Origin: Novilysobacter ciconiae
GTDB taxonomy: Bacteria > Pseudomonadota > Gammaproteobacteria > Xanthomonadales > Xanthomonadaceae
Assembly: GCF_015209725.1 (NCBI RefSeq)
Contig: NZ_CP063656.1
Location: 2,483,328-2,515,327 of the forward strand
DNA length: 32,000 nucleotides
Direction: 5' to 3'
Below, piece by piece: positions 16,276 to 23,946 of this stretch. Each line of letters starts with the position of its first letter. The stretch's first letter is position 1. The notes beneath the pieces were generated by a model that was not told the DNA's origin, ran no database searches, and worked only from the letters and a program-made list of their open reading frames with translations. A program made the position numbers and the translations under genes.

Positions 16276-17508
16276 ATGGACAATCATCCCGAACCCAGGC
16301 CCGCTGCGCTCTCGCCGGGCCGACTTGCCATCGCACCGCACCGCCTGATGTTTTTCATCGGCTCGATGAACCTGCTGATCGCCATGGCGTGGTGGGCGGC
16401 CTGGCTGGTGGGTGCCCGTTGGCCCGATCTGGCCATACCGCAGGCACCGCTGCATACCGGCTGGGTGCACGCCTTCGTGATGCAGTACCAGGTGCTGCCG
16501 AGCTTCTTCTTCGGCTTCCTGCTGACCACCTTCCCGAAATGGCTGGGCCTGCCGGACATCGACCGCTGGCGCTACGTGCCCGTCGGGCTGGGCATCTTTG
16601 GTGGCCAGATCGCGACCCTGCTGGGTGCGCTGGGCTGGGAGGCCGGGATCATCGTCGGGGCCCTGATGACCGCCGCTGGCTGGCTCGCCGGCCTGACGGT
16701 GATGGCGCCGCTGCTGTGGCGCGAGAGCGGCACCACCTGGCATGCGCGTTCGTGCTTCGCCGCGCTGTGCCTGGGCTTCCTCGGCGTGCTGGCCTGGGGT
16801 GCCTACGTCCTGGGCGCCTCGCCAATCTGGGTTTTCGCCAGCATCAAGATCGGCAGCTTCGGGCTGCTGCTGCCGGTGTATTTCACCGTGGCGCACCGGA
16901 TGTTCCCGTTCTTCGCCAGCCGGGTCGTGCCCGGTTACCAGCCGTGGCGGCCGATGTGGCTGCTGGCCGCGGCCTGGCCGCTGTTTATCGGCCATTTGCT
17001 GCTGGAGCTGTTTCATTTCTACGGCTGGCTGTGGCTGGTCGACCTGCCCCTGCTGGCGCTAACGGCGACAATGGTGTGGCGCTGGTGGCCACGCGGAAAG
17101 AATCCGGGCCTGCTGTCGGTGCTGTTTGTCGGCCTGTCGTGGTTGCCGCTGGCATTCGCGCTGTATTCGGCCCAGAGCATCAGCTACGCCATCACCGGCG
17201 TGTACTGGCTGGGTCGAGGCCCGGCGCATGCGCTGTTCATCGGATTCTTCGGCAGCATCCTCATCGCGATGGTGACCCGGGTCACCGAGGGGCACGCCGG
17301 CCGGCCGTTGACGATGTATCCGGCGGCCTGGTTCGCCTTCGTCGCGATCCAGCTGGTGGCGGTGATCCGCGTCGCAGCAGAGGTTTTTCCCGACAGCACG
17401 GCCTGGCAGGCAGTCGCCGCGGTGGGCTGGCTGGCCGCCTTCCTGCCCTGGGTCGCCCATGTGGGGCGGATCTATCTGGCCCCACGCTCCGACGGCCGTC
17501 CGGGCTGA
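16276..17508 (+). CDS. nnrS: NnrS-family heme/copper membrane protein (NO-stress associated)
   Basis: 410 aa and about 12 predicted TM helices. The N-terminal APHRLMFFIGS segment, conserved His residues, and overall length and topology fit the NnrS family. It sits directly downstream of norB. Confidence 0.8.
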   Translation: MDNHPEPRPAALSPGRLAIAPHRLMFFIGSMNLLIAMAWWAAWLVGARWPDLAIPQAPLHTGWVHAFVMQYQVLPSFFFGFLLTTFPKWLGLPDIDRWRYVPVGLGIFGGQIATLLGALGWEAGIIVGALMTAAGWLAGLTVMAPLLWRESGTTWHARSCFAALCLGFLGVLAWGAYVLGASPIWVFASIKIGSFGLLLPVYFTVAHRMFPFFASRVVPGYQPWRPMWLLAAAWPLFIGHLLLELFHFYGWLWLVDLPLLALTATMVWRWWPRGKNPGLLSVLFVGLSWLPLAFALYSAQSISYAITGVYWLGRGPAHALFIGFFGSILIAMVTRVTEGHAGRPLTMYPAAWFAFVAIQLVAVIRVAAEVFPDSTAWQAVAAVGWLAAFLPWVAHVGRIYLAPRSDGRPG

Positions 17509-17527
17509 GTCACGCACAGGAAACCCC

Positions 17528-17929
17528 ATGATCGAGTTCTACCCGCAAATCAAAAGCATCCACATCGCCATGGCCATCACCAGCGGGCTGATCTTTGCCC
17601 TGCGCGGAGCCGGCGTGCTGGCCGGCATGCGCTGGCCGCACTGGCTGCCGGTGCGCTGGACCAGCTACACCGTGGATACCGCGCTGCTGACCGCTGCACT
17701 GATGCTGCTGACCATGCTGCCGGGCGCGATGTTCGCCAACGGCTGGTTGACGGTGAAACTGCTGCTGCTCGTCGTCTACATCGTGCTGGGCGTGTTTGCG
17801 ATCAAGCGCGGCCGCACCCGCCTGGCCAAGGCGGGTTTCTACGTCGCCGCCCTTGTCACCTTTGGCATGGTCTATTCGATCGCGCGCGCGCACAGCCCGT
17901 GGGGGTTCCTCAATGCCTTCCTCGGCTGA
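17528..17929 (+). CDS. SirB2-like small integral membrane protein
   Basis: The track ORF 17459-17929 is probably over-extended; the ATG at 17528 gives MIEFYPQIKSIHIAMAITSGLIFALRG... About 133 aa with four hydrophobic helices, SirB-family-like. It starts 19 nt after the nnrS stop. Confidence 0.65.
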   Translation: MIEFYPQIKSIHIAMAITSGLIFALRGAGVLAGMRWPHWLPVRWTSYTVDTALLTAALMLLTMLPGAMFANGWLTVKLLLLVVYIVLGVFAIKRGRTRLAKAGFYVAALVTFGMVYSIARAHSPWGFLNAFLG

Positions 17930-19928
17930 GCGGGCCGCTGCCGCGGGTTCCGGCAACGCCCTGGCCCTCGCCGCCAGCACCCCCGGGGTCGCCGATCCGG
18001 ACCGGCCGATGCTCGATGCGTTGTTCCTTGGCCCCTACGGCGAGAACGACACCCTGCTGGAAAAGCTCGTCGTGGAGTTCCTGCGCGACCACGTCTACTG
18101 GCGGCGCAACTTCCACCCCGAAGACCCGCCGGCGATCCCGACCCACGCCGCCCAGCATCCCGACTACAAGGCGTTCGAGTCGCGCCTGCGGCGGGAACTG
18201 CACCAGCTCTCCGCCTCGCTGAAGCGCTCGGTGCCCTTCCACAGCCCGCGCTACATCGGCCACATGGCCTCCGACCTGCTGCTGCCCGGCCTGGCGGCGC
18301 AGATCCTCACCCTGCCCTACAACCCCAACAACGTCAGCGAGGACGCGGCCCCCGTCACCATCGACCTGGAAGTCCAGGTCGGGCTGCAGCTGGCGCGGAT
18401 GCTCGGCTACCCCGATGACACCGACCGCCCCGACTGCGCGTTCGGCCACCTGACCTCCGGCGGCACCGTCGCCAACTACCAGGCGCTGCGCCTTGCCTTG
18501 GCACTGAAGGCGTTTCCGGTCGCCCTGCGTGCCGCCCAGGTGCCGGGTTTGGCGCTGCCGGCCGATGACTGGGAGGCATTCAACCTTGGCCCGGACGCCG
18601 GCATCGAGCTGCTCGGCCAGTGGCAGCTCTGGCTGGCCGGGCAACCCGCGCGCGATCGCCGGCGGTGGCGCGACGCGGTGCAGACCCAGCGCCTGGAGCA
18701 TCTGGGGATGGTGGAGTTCTTCGCCCGCCACCGTGACCTCAAGGTGCCGCTGGTACTGGCCCCGATCACCGCCCACTACTCCTGGAGCAAGGGCCTGAAG
18801 CTGCTCGGCCTGGGCCGGGAACAACTGCGCCTGTTGCCGGAAAAAGGCATGCGTCTGGATGCGCAGGCGCTGGAGCAGACCCTGGAGCAGTGCCGGCGCG
18901 AGCGCCAGCCGGTGCTGATGACCGTCGCCGTGCTGGGCACGACCGAGTACGGCACCGTCGACCCGGTGGATGCGGTGGTCGACCTGCGCGATCGGTTCCA
19001 GACCCTGGGGCTGGGCTTCAGCGTGCACGTCGACGCCGCCTGGGGCGGCTACCTGGCGACCCTGTTCCGCAACCCCGACGGCAGCCTGCGGGGCATCGAC
19101 GAGGTCCGCGCCGGCTTCGCCCATTTTCCCCAGCCCGAAGTGCACGCCGCGTTCGCCGCACTGGGCCGCACCGACTCGGTCACCGTCGACCCGCACAAGC
19201 TGGGCTACCTGCCCTACGGCGCCGGTGCGTTCATCTGCCGCGACCACCGCGCCACCGCGCTGCTGGCGGAGGCTGCCGACTACGTCTTCCACGACACCCG
19301 CGCCACCGACTACCTCAGCCGCTACCGCCGACTTGGCCAGTTTGTCCCGGAAGGCTCCAAGTCCGGGGCGGCCGCCGCGGCGGTGTATGTCACCCACAAG
19401 GTGCTGCCGCTGGACCACGCCAACTTCGGTCGCCTGCCGCGGCAGACGGTGCTTGCCGCCGAAGCGTTCCACGCCCGCGCCGAACGCCTCGCCGTGGAGC
19501 TGGATGGCATCGCCCGCGTCACCGTGCCTTTCGCGCCCGACAGCAACCTGGTGTGCGTGGCCATCAACCCGACCGGCAACGCGGACCTCGCACGGGCCAA
19601 CGCCTTCGTCCGCCGCCTGCACGATGAGCTGCGCGCCGACGCCAGCCAGCCCCTCCAGCTCAAGCAATTCTTCGGATCGATGACGACCCTGCGCCCGGAG
19701 GCCCTCGGCGAGACGGAGATGAACCGGATCCTGACGCAGTTGCAGCTGGACCCTGCGACACTGGTCGATGACGACGAGGACACCGATGCCGATCGGCTGG
19801 TGATCCTGCGTCACACCCTGATGAACCCGTATCTGATCGATCACGAGAACGGCATCAGCTACATCGACCTGTATCTGGCACACCTGGGCCGAAGGATCCG
19901 GGCGTTGCTGGGGAGCCCAAGCCCATGA
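17913..19928 (+). CDS. group II PLP-dependent amino-acid decarboxylase, long Enterococcus-TyrDC-like form
   Basis: LDALFLGPYGENDTLLEKLVVEFLRDHVYWRRNFHPEDPPAI and PRYIGHMASDLLLPGL resemble, from memory, the N-terminal region of bacterial tyrosine decarboxylases. Also FGHLTSGGTVANYQAL and the PLP-lysine motif SVTVDPHKLGY. Start at ATG 17913 overlaps the sirB-like gene by 17 nt; ATG 18009 is the alternative. Confidence 0.8.
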   Translation: MPSSAERAAAAGSGNALALAASTPGVADPDRPMLDALFLGPYGENDTLLEKLVVEFLRDHVYWRRNFHPEDPPAIPTHAAQHPDYKAFESRLRRELHQLSASLKRSVPFHSPRYIGHMASDLLLPGLAAQILTLPYNPNNVSEDAAPVTIDLEVQVGLQLARMLGYPDDTDRPDCAFGHLTSGGTVANYQALRLALALKAFPVALRAAQVPGLALPADDWEAFNLGPDAGIELLGQWQLWLAGQPARDRRRWRDAVQTQRLEHLGMVEFFARHRDLKVPLVLAPITAHYSWSKGLKLLGLGREQLRLLPEKGMRLDAQALEQTLEQCRRERQPVLMTVAVLGTTEYGTVDPVDAVVDLRDRFQTLGLGFSVHVDAAWGGYLATLFRNPDGSLRGIDEVRAGFAHFPQPEVHAAFAALGRTDSVTVDPHKLGYLPYGAGAFICRDHRATALLAEAADYVFHDTRATDYLSRYRRLGQFVPEGSKSGAAAAAVYVTHKVLPLDHANFGRLPRQTVLAAEAFHARAERLAVELDGIARVTVPFAPDSNLVCVAINPTGNADLARANAFVRRLHDELRADASQPLQLKQFFGSMTTLRPEALGETEMNRILTQLQLDPATLVDDDEDTDADRLVILRHTLMNPYLIDHENGISYIDLYLAHLGRRIRALLGSPSP

Positions 19929-21076
19929 GTCCCGACGCATTCCATCCAGGCAATGACTTCCTCCCGGCCAGCGCGGCCAGGCCGCCGGCCACCGTCTGTG
20001 ACAGCGCGACGATGCGCAGCTGGACCGCGCGGGCCCTGTTGTGCCTGCGCCAGGAGGCGGCGCGTTCGGCGGACACCCACCTGCTGCGGCTGGAGTTTCC
20101 CGGCTTCCCGGGCATCGAGTTCTACTTCAAGGACGAGGCGGCGCATCCCACCGGCAGCCTGAAGCATCGGCTGGCCCGCTCGCTGTACCTGTATGCGCTG
20201 TGCAATGGCCGGCTCAGCCCGGGCCAGCCGGTGGTGGACGCGTCCTCGGGCAGCACCGCGATCTCCGAGGCGTGGTTCGCACGACTGCTCGGCCTGCCCT
20301 TCACCGCGGTGATGCCGACCGCGACCGCACCGCGCAAGATCGCCGACGTGCATGCGCTGGGCGGCCACTGCGACCTGGTCGACGATCCCGCGCAGGTGCA
20401 CGAGCGCGCCGCCTGGCATGCCGCCAACGGCGCGTGCCACCTGGACCAGTTCGGCCTCGCGGAGCGCGCGACGGACTGGCGCGGCAACAACAACATCGCC
20501 GAGTCGATCATCGGCCAGCTGGCCTGCGAGCCGCACCCGCAGCCGGCGTGGATCGTCTGCGGCGTCGGTACCGGCGGCACCTCGGCAACGATCGGGCGCT
20601 ACATCCGCTACCGCGCGCTGGAGACCGGCCTGTGCGTGGCGGAACCGGCCGGCAGCGCCTTCGTGCACGGCTGGCGCACGCGCAACCGCAGCGCGATCGC
20701 CAGCCAGCCGACCGCCGTCGAAGGCATCGGCCGGCCGAGGGTGGAGCCGGGCTTCCTGTTCGAGGTGGTGGACGAGGTGATCGAGGTGGCCGACGCCGCC
20801 TCCGTGGCCGCGATGCACCTGCTGGAAGAGCAGCTGGGCCGTCGCTACGGCGGCTCGTCGGGGACCAACCTGGTAGCGTGCCTTGAACTGGCTGCGCGGA
20901 TGCGCGCCGCCGGCGAGCGCGGCAGCATCGTCAGCCTGTTGTGCGATCCCGGCGAGCGCTACGACCAGACGCTGTACGACCCGGCGTGGCTGGCCGAGAA
21001 CGGCATCGACCCGGCCCCGGCGCAGGTCGCGTTGCGCGCCACGCTGGCCAGCGGCGAATGGCATCCGACCAGCTGA
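19925..21076 (+). CDS. PLP-dependent cysteine-synthase/CBS-fold (beta-replacement or beta-elimination) family protein, function unknown
   Basis: 383 aa. PLP-lysine region KDEAAHPTGSLKHRLA, SSGSTAIS, glycine loop GVGTGGTSATIG, and SSGTN near the C-terminus. The ATG overlaps the decarboxylase stop (ATGA at 19925-19928). Confidence 0.8.
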   Translation: MSPDAFHPGNDFLPASAARPPATVCDSATMRSWTARALLCLRQEAARSADTHLLRLEFPGFPGIEFYFKDEAAHPTGSLKHRLARSLYLYALCNGRLSPGQPVVDASSGSTAISEAWFARLLGLPFTAVMPTATAPRKIADVHALGGHCDLVDDPAQVHERAAWHAANGACHLDQFGLAERATDWRGNNNIAESIIGQLACEPHPQPAWIVCGVGTGGTSATIGRYIRYRALETGLCVAEPAGSAFVHGWRTRNRSAIASQPTAVEGIGRPRVEPGFLFEVVDEVIEVADAASVAAMHLLEEQLGRRYGGSSGTNLVACLELAARMRAAGERGSIVSLLCDPGERYDQTLYDPAWLAENGIDPAPAQVALRATLASGEWHPTS

Positions 21077-21094
21077 CGGCGGCGCGCCACTATT

Positions 21095-21137
21095 GGGCCG
21101 GTTCAGGCCGGCCCGGGCCGATCAGAGCCCGGGCCGG
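21095..21137. terminator. GC-rich overlapping hairpins between convergent genes (candidate bidirectional terminator)
   Basis: GGGCCGG (21095-21101) pairs with CCGGCCC (21108-21114). CCCGGGC (21112-21118) pairs with GCCCGGG (21127-21133). No clear U-tract follows. Confidence 0.35.
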
Positions 21138-21148
21138 TGTCGAAGCAC

Positions 21149-21769
21149 TCAGTGCGCGACGTGCTCCCCGCCGGTCTTCGCATCGCTGAATTCCGGATCG
21201 TCGAACAGCCGCGGATAGTCCGCCAGCGCCGCGCTCATGTCGGCAACCGGTGCCGGATCGGCCGGATCGGCGTGGAGGGCTTCGGCCCCCGCCATCAGCC
21301 GGGCGAGGACGCCGTGCAGGGCCACGTCGGGCTCCGCCTCCAGTTTGCAGTTGGCGAACATGTACGCCGCCGCCTCGTCCACCTGGGTGGCCAGCTGATC
21401 GACCTGGGTATCGTTCAGGTGTCCCATCTGGTGGTGATGCAGGCCGGCCATCGCCTCGCGCATGCGGCGCATGCCTTCCATCAGCGGCGCGTCGGGCTCC
21501 CATTTGACGTGGTCGGCCGGGATCGGCATCACCGCTGCTTCGGGGTGATGGTCGGCATGGGCGTGGGTGTCGCGCTTTTGGGTGTCGTGCGCGTGGGTGT
21601 CTTGCGCGTGGCTGCCATGCGCTTGCGCCGCCGCCGTCTCAGGCTTGGCCTGCTCGTGCTCGGCGTGGCTGTGCGTCTTGTCCTGCGCCTGGGCGGCCGA
21701 CGGCGCGATTGCCGCGCCGAGTCCGATCGCGGCAGCGAGCGCAACGGCCAAAGTGGTCTGTGTCTTCAT
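21149..21769 (-). CDS. secreted histidine-rich protein of unknown function (possible periplasmic metal-binding protein)
   Basis: The track ORF 21149-21982 is over-extended. AAGGAG lies 9 nt upstream of the ATG at 21769. Signal peptide MKTQTTLAVALAAAIGLGAAIAPSAAQA. Then a His-rich tract HSHAEHEQ...HGSHAQDTHAHDTQKRDTHAHADHH, and later HHHQMGH. The gene starts 32 nt downstream of fabB. Confidence 0.7.
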   Translation of the reverse strand: MKTQTTLAVALAAAIGLGAAIAPSAAQAQDKTHSHAEHEQAKPETAAAQAHGSHAQDTHAHDTQKRDTHAHADHHPEAAVMPIPADHVKWEPDAPLMEGMRRMREAMAGLHHHQMGHLNDTQVDQLATQVDEAAAYMFANCKLEAEPDVALHGVLARLMAGAEALHADPADPAPVADMSAALADYPRLFDDPEFSDAKTGGEHVAH

Positions 21770-21801
21770 ACGATCCATCTCCTTGAAAAACGGGGGCGCA
21801 A

Positions 21802-23037
21802 TCAGACCCGCGCGAACACGAGGCTGGCGTTGGTACCGCCGAAACCGAAGCTGTTGGACATCACCGTGTCCAGCGTCGCATCGCGGCTTTGCTGCACGAT
21901 CGGGAAGCCTTCCACGCGCGGGTCCAAGGTGTCGATGTTGGCCGAGCCGGCCATGAAGCCCTCGCGCATCATCAGCAGGCAATAGATCGCCTCATGCACG
22001 CTGGCGGCGCCAAGCGAATGGCCGCTGAGCGCCTTGGTCGACGAAAGCGGCGGCACGTCGTCACCGAACACGGTGCGGATCGACTGCAGCTCGACCACGT
22101 CGCCGACCGGCGTGGAGGTGCCGTGGGTGTTGAGGTAGTCCACCTTGCCGACCGGGGTGCCGTGGATGCCGGCCATGGCCATCTGCATGCAGCGCACCGC
22201 ACCCTCGCCCGAGGGGGCGACCATGTCGACGCCGTCGGAGGTCACGCCGTAGCCAACCAGCTCGGCAATGATGTTCGCGCCGCGGGCGACGGCGTGCTCG
22301 TACTCCTCCAGCACCAGCATGCCGCCACCACCGGCGATGACGAAGCCATCGCGGTCCGCGTCGTAGGGACGCGAGGCCTTTTCGGGAGTGTCGTTGCGCT
22401 TGGTCGACAGTGCGCCCATCGCATCGAACTGCGAGGTCATGCCCCAGTGCAGCTCCTCGCCGCCGCCGGCAATGATGATGTCCTGCGCGCCGTGGCGGAT
22501 CAGGTCCGCCCCGGCGCCGATGCAGTGCGCTGAGGTCGCGCAGGCAGCGGAGATCGAATAGCTCAGGCCGCGGATACCGAACGCGGTCGACAGCGTCGCC
22601 GACACGGTCGAACCCATCGTGCGCGGCACCATGTACGGGCCCACCTTGCGCACGCCGCGGTTGCGCAGCAGGTCGCCGGTCTCGATCTGCCACTGCGGCG
22701 ATCCGCCACCCGACCCGGCGATCAGCCCGGTGCGCACGTCGCGCACCTGCTCGTCGCTGAGGCCGGCATCGGCAATCGCATCGCGCATCGCGACGTAGGC
22801 GAACCCGGCCGCGTCGCCCATGAAGCGCTTCACCTTGCGGTCGATCTCCTCGGTGAGATCGATCTGCGGCTCGCCGGCGACCTGGCTGCGCAGGCCCAGT
22901 TCGGCGTACTCGGGAATGAAGCGGATACCCGGGGTGCTGCTGCGCAACGCCGCGGTCACGCTGGTCTGGTCGTTGCCCAGGCAGGACACGATGCCCATGC
23001 CGGTCACCACCACGCGCCTGTTTGCCACACCGCCCAT
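21802..23037 (-). CDS. fabB: 3-oxoacyl-ACP synthase I
   Basis: The track ORF is over-extended; ATG at 23037 gives [22 protein letters not shown]. Active-site [44 protein letters not shown]. It starts 2 nt after the fabA stop. Confidence 0.92.
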   Translation of the reverse strand: MGGVANRRVVVTGMGIVSCLGNDQTSVTAALRSSTPGIRFIPEYAELGLRSQVAGEPQIDLTEEIDRKVKRFMGDAAGFAYVAMRDAIADAGLSDEQVRDVRTGLIAGSGGGSPQWQIETGDLLRNRGVRKVGPYMVPRTMGSTVSATLSTAFGIRGLSYSISAACATSAHCIGAGADLIRHGAQDIIIAGGGEELHWGMTSQFDAMGALSTKRNDTPEKASRPYDADRDGFVIAGGGGMLVLEEYEHAVARGANIIAELVGYGVTSDGVDMVAPSGEGAVRCMQMAMAGIHGTPVGKVDYLNTHGTSTPVGDVVELQSIRTVFGDDVPPLSSTKALSGHSLGAASVHEAIYCLLMMREGFMAGSANIDTLDPRVEGFPIVQQSRDATLDTVMSNSFGFGGTNASLVFARV

Positions 23038-23039
23038 GC

Positions 23040-23555
23040 TCAGAACCCCTCCGTCGAGGTGAACAGTCCCACCCGCAGGTCCGAGGCCACGTAGATCTCG
23101 CGCCCGTCCACCAGGGTGCGGCCGTCGGCGATCACCAGTTCCAGCTTGCCGCGCATGACCCGGCGGATGTCCAGTTCGTAGGTCACCAGCTTCGCATCGG
23201 GCAGCACCTGGCCGCTGAACTTCACCTGGCCCACGCCCAGCGCGCGACCGCGGCCGGGGGCGCCCAGCCACGGCAGGTAGAACCCGCACAGTTGCCACAT
23301 GGCGTCCAGCCCAAGGCAGCCGGGCATGACCGGATCGCCCTCGAAGTGGCACGGGAAGAACCACAGGTCCGGGCGGATATCCAGCTCGGCGCGCACGAAA
23401 CCCTTGCCGTACTTGCCACCCTCGGTGCTGATCTCGGTGATGCGATCGAACATGAGCATCGGCGGCGCCGGCAGTCGCGCGTTGCCGGGGCCGAACATCT
23501 CGCCGCGGGCGCAGGACAACAACTGCTCGCGATCAAAGGAAGAAGGTCGATTCAT
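23040..23555 (-). CDS. fabA: 3-hydroxydecanoyl-ACP dehydratase/isomerase
   Basis: ATG at 23555 gives a 171-aa protein [39 protein letters not shown]...[24 protein letters not shown], the FabA signature. Confidence 0.92.
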   Translation of the reverse strand: MNRPSSFDREQLLSCARGEMFGPGNARLPAPPMLMFDRITEISTEGGKYGKGFVRAELDIRPDLWFFPCHFEGDPVMPGCLGLDAMWQLCGFYLPWLGAPGRGRALGVGQVKFSGQVLPDAKLVTYELDIRRVMRGKLELVIADGRTLVDGREIYVASDLRVGLFTSTEGF

Positions 23556-23612
23556 GTAGTCACACAGCGCAGGGGAAACCTTGGATTCTGCCGGTTTGGC
23601 GAAACAAATGTG

Positions 23613-23626
23613 TTGACCGGCATCAA
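23613..23626 (-). promoter_or_regulatory. FNR-type box upstream of fabA
   Basis: TTGACCGGCATCAA (9/10). On the minus strand a -10-like CAGAAT (complement of 23585-23590) lies 32 nt centre-to-centre from the box. The box centre is 64.5 nt upstream of the fabA ATG. Confidence 0.5.
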
Positions 23627-23635
23627 TGCACTCCG

Positions 23636-23653
23636 CCGTACGTATCCGTACGT
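23636..23653. promoter_or_regulatory. direct repeat CCGTACGT-N2-CCGTACGT (10-bp phasing) in the fabA-nirK intergenic region
   Basis: CCGTACGT at 23636-23643 and again at 23646-23653. Further ACGTG cores occur at 23772-23776 and 23801-23805. Confidence 0.25.
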
Positions 23654-23823
23654 GACCGCGACGCGGTGCGGCGGAGCGACCGCACCGGCGACATGCGCCC
23701 AGCCGGTCCTTGCGGGTCACTTTACGCTCGCGCACCGGGTTTGCCAGCGAAGCGGCGAGGAACACGCTGCCACGTGACCCCGGTCAAGAACCGGGCGGAT
23801 ACGTGCGTCCCACGGGTGCAAAT

Positions 23824-23837
23824 TTGATCCGGATCAA
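23824..23837 (+). promoter_or_regulatory. perfect FNR/Dnr-type box upstream of nirK
   Basis: TTGATCCGGATCAA (10/10), with its centre 116.5 nt upstream of the nirK ATG. Only a weak -10-like GACGCT is present at 23859-23864. Confidence 0.7.
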
Positions 23838-23946
23838 ATTACCCGGCGCGCTTGCTGCGACGCTAGCGCGAACCCGGCGTCGAGCCCTCCAACTCCAGCG
23901 AACTCGCGACGCCCCATCATCCATCGTCCAGCACAGAGAGCCCTGC

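Noticed and set aside
21770-23765. N-terminal extensions of the track ORFs 21149-21982, 21802-23364 and 23040-23765; likewise 17459-17929, 17796-19928 and 23710-25470
   Set aside because: The extensions are Arg/Pro/Ala-rich, overlap upstream genes or promoters, and precede internal ATGs that give canonical N-termini (FabA MNRPSSF, Fab[16 protein letters not shown], signal peptides for NirK and the His-rich protein). I therefore used the internal starts.
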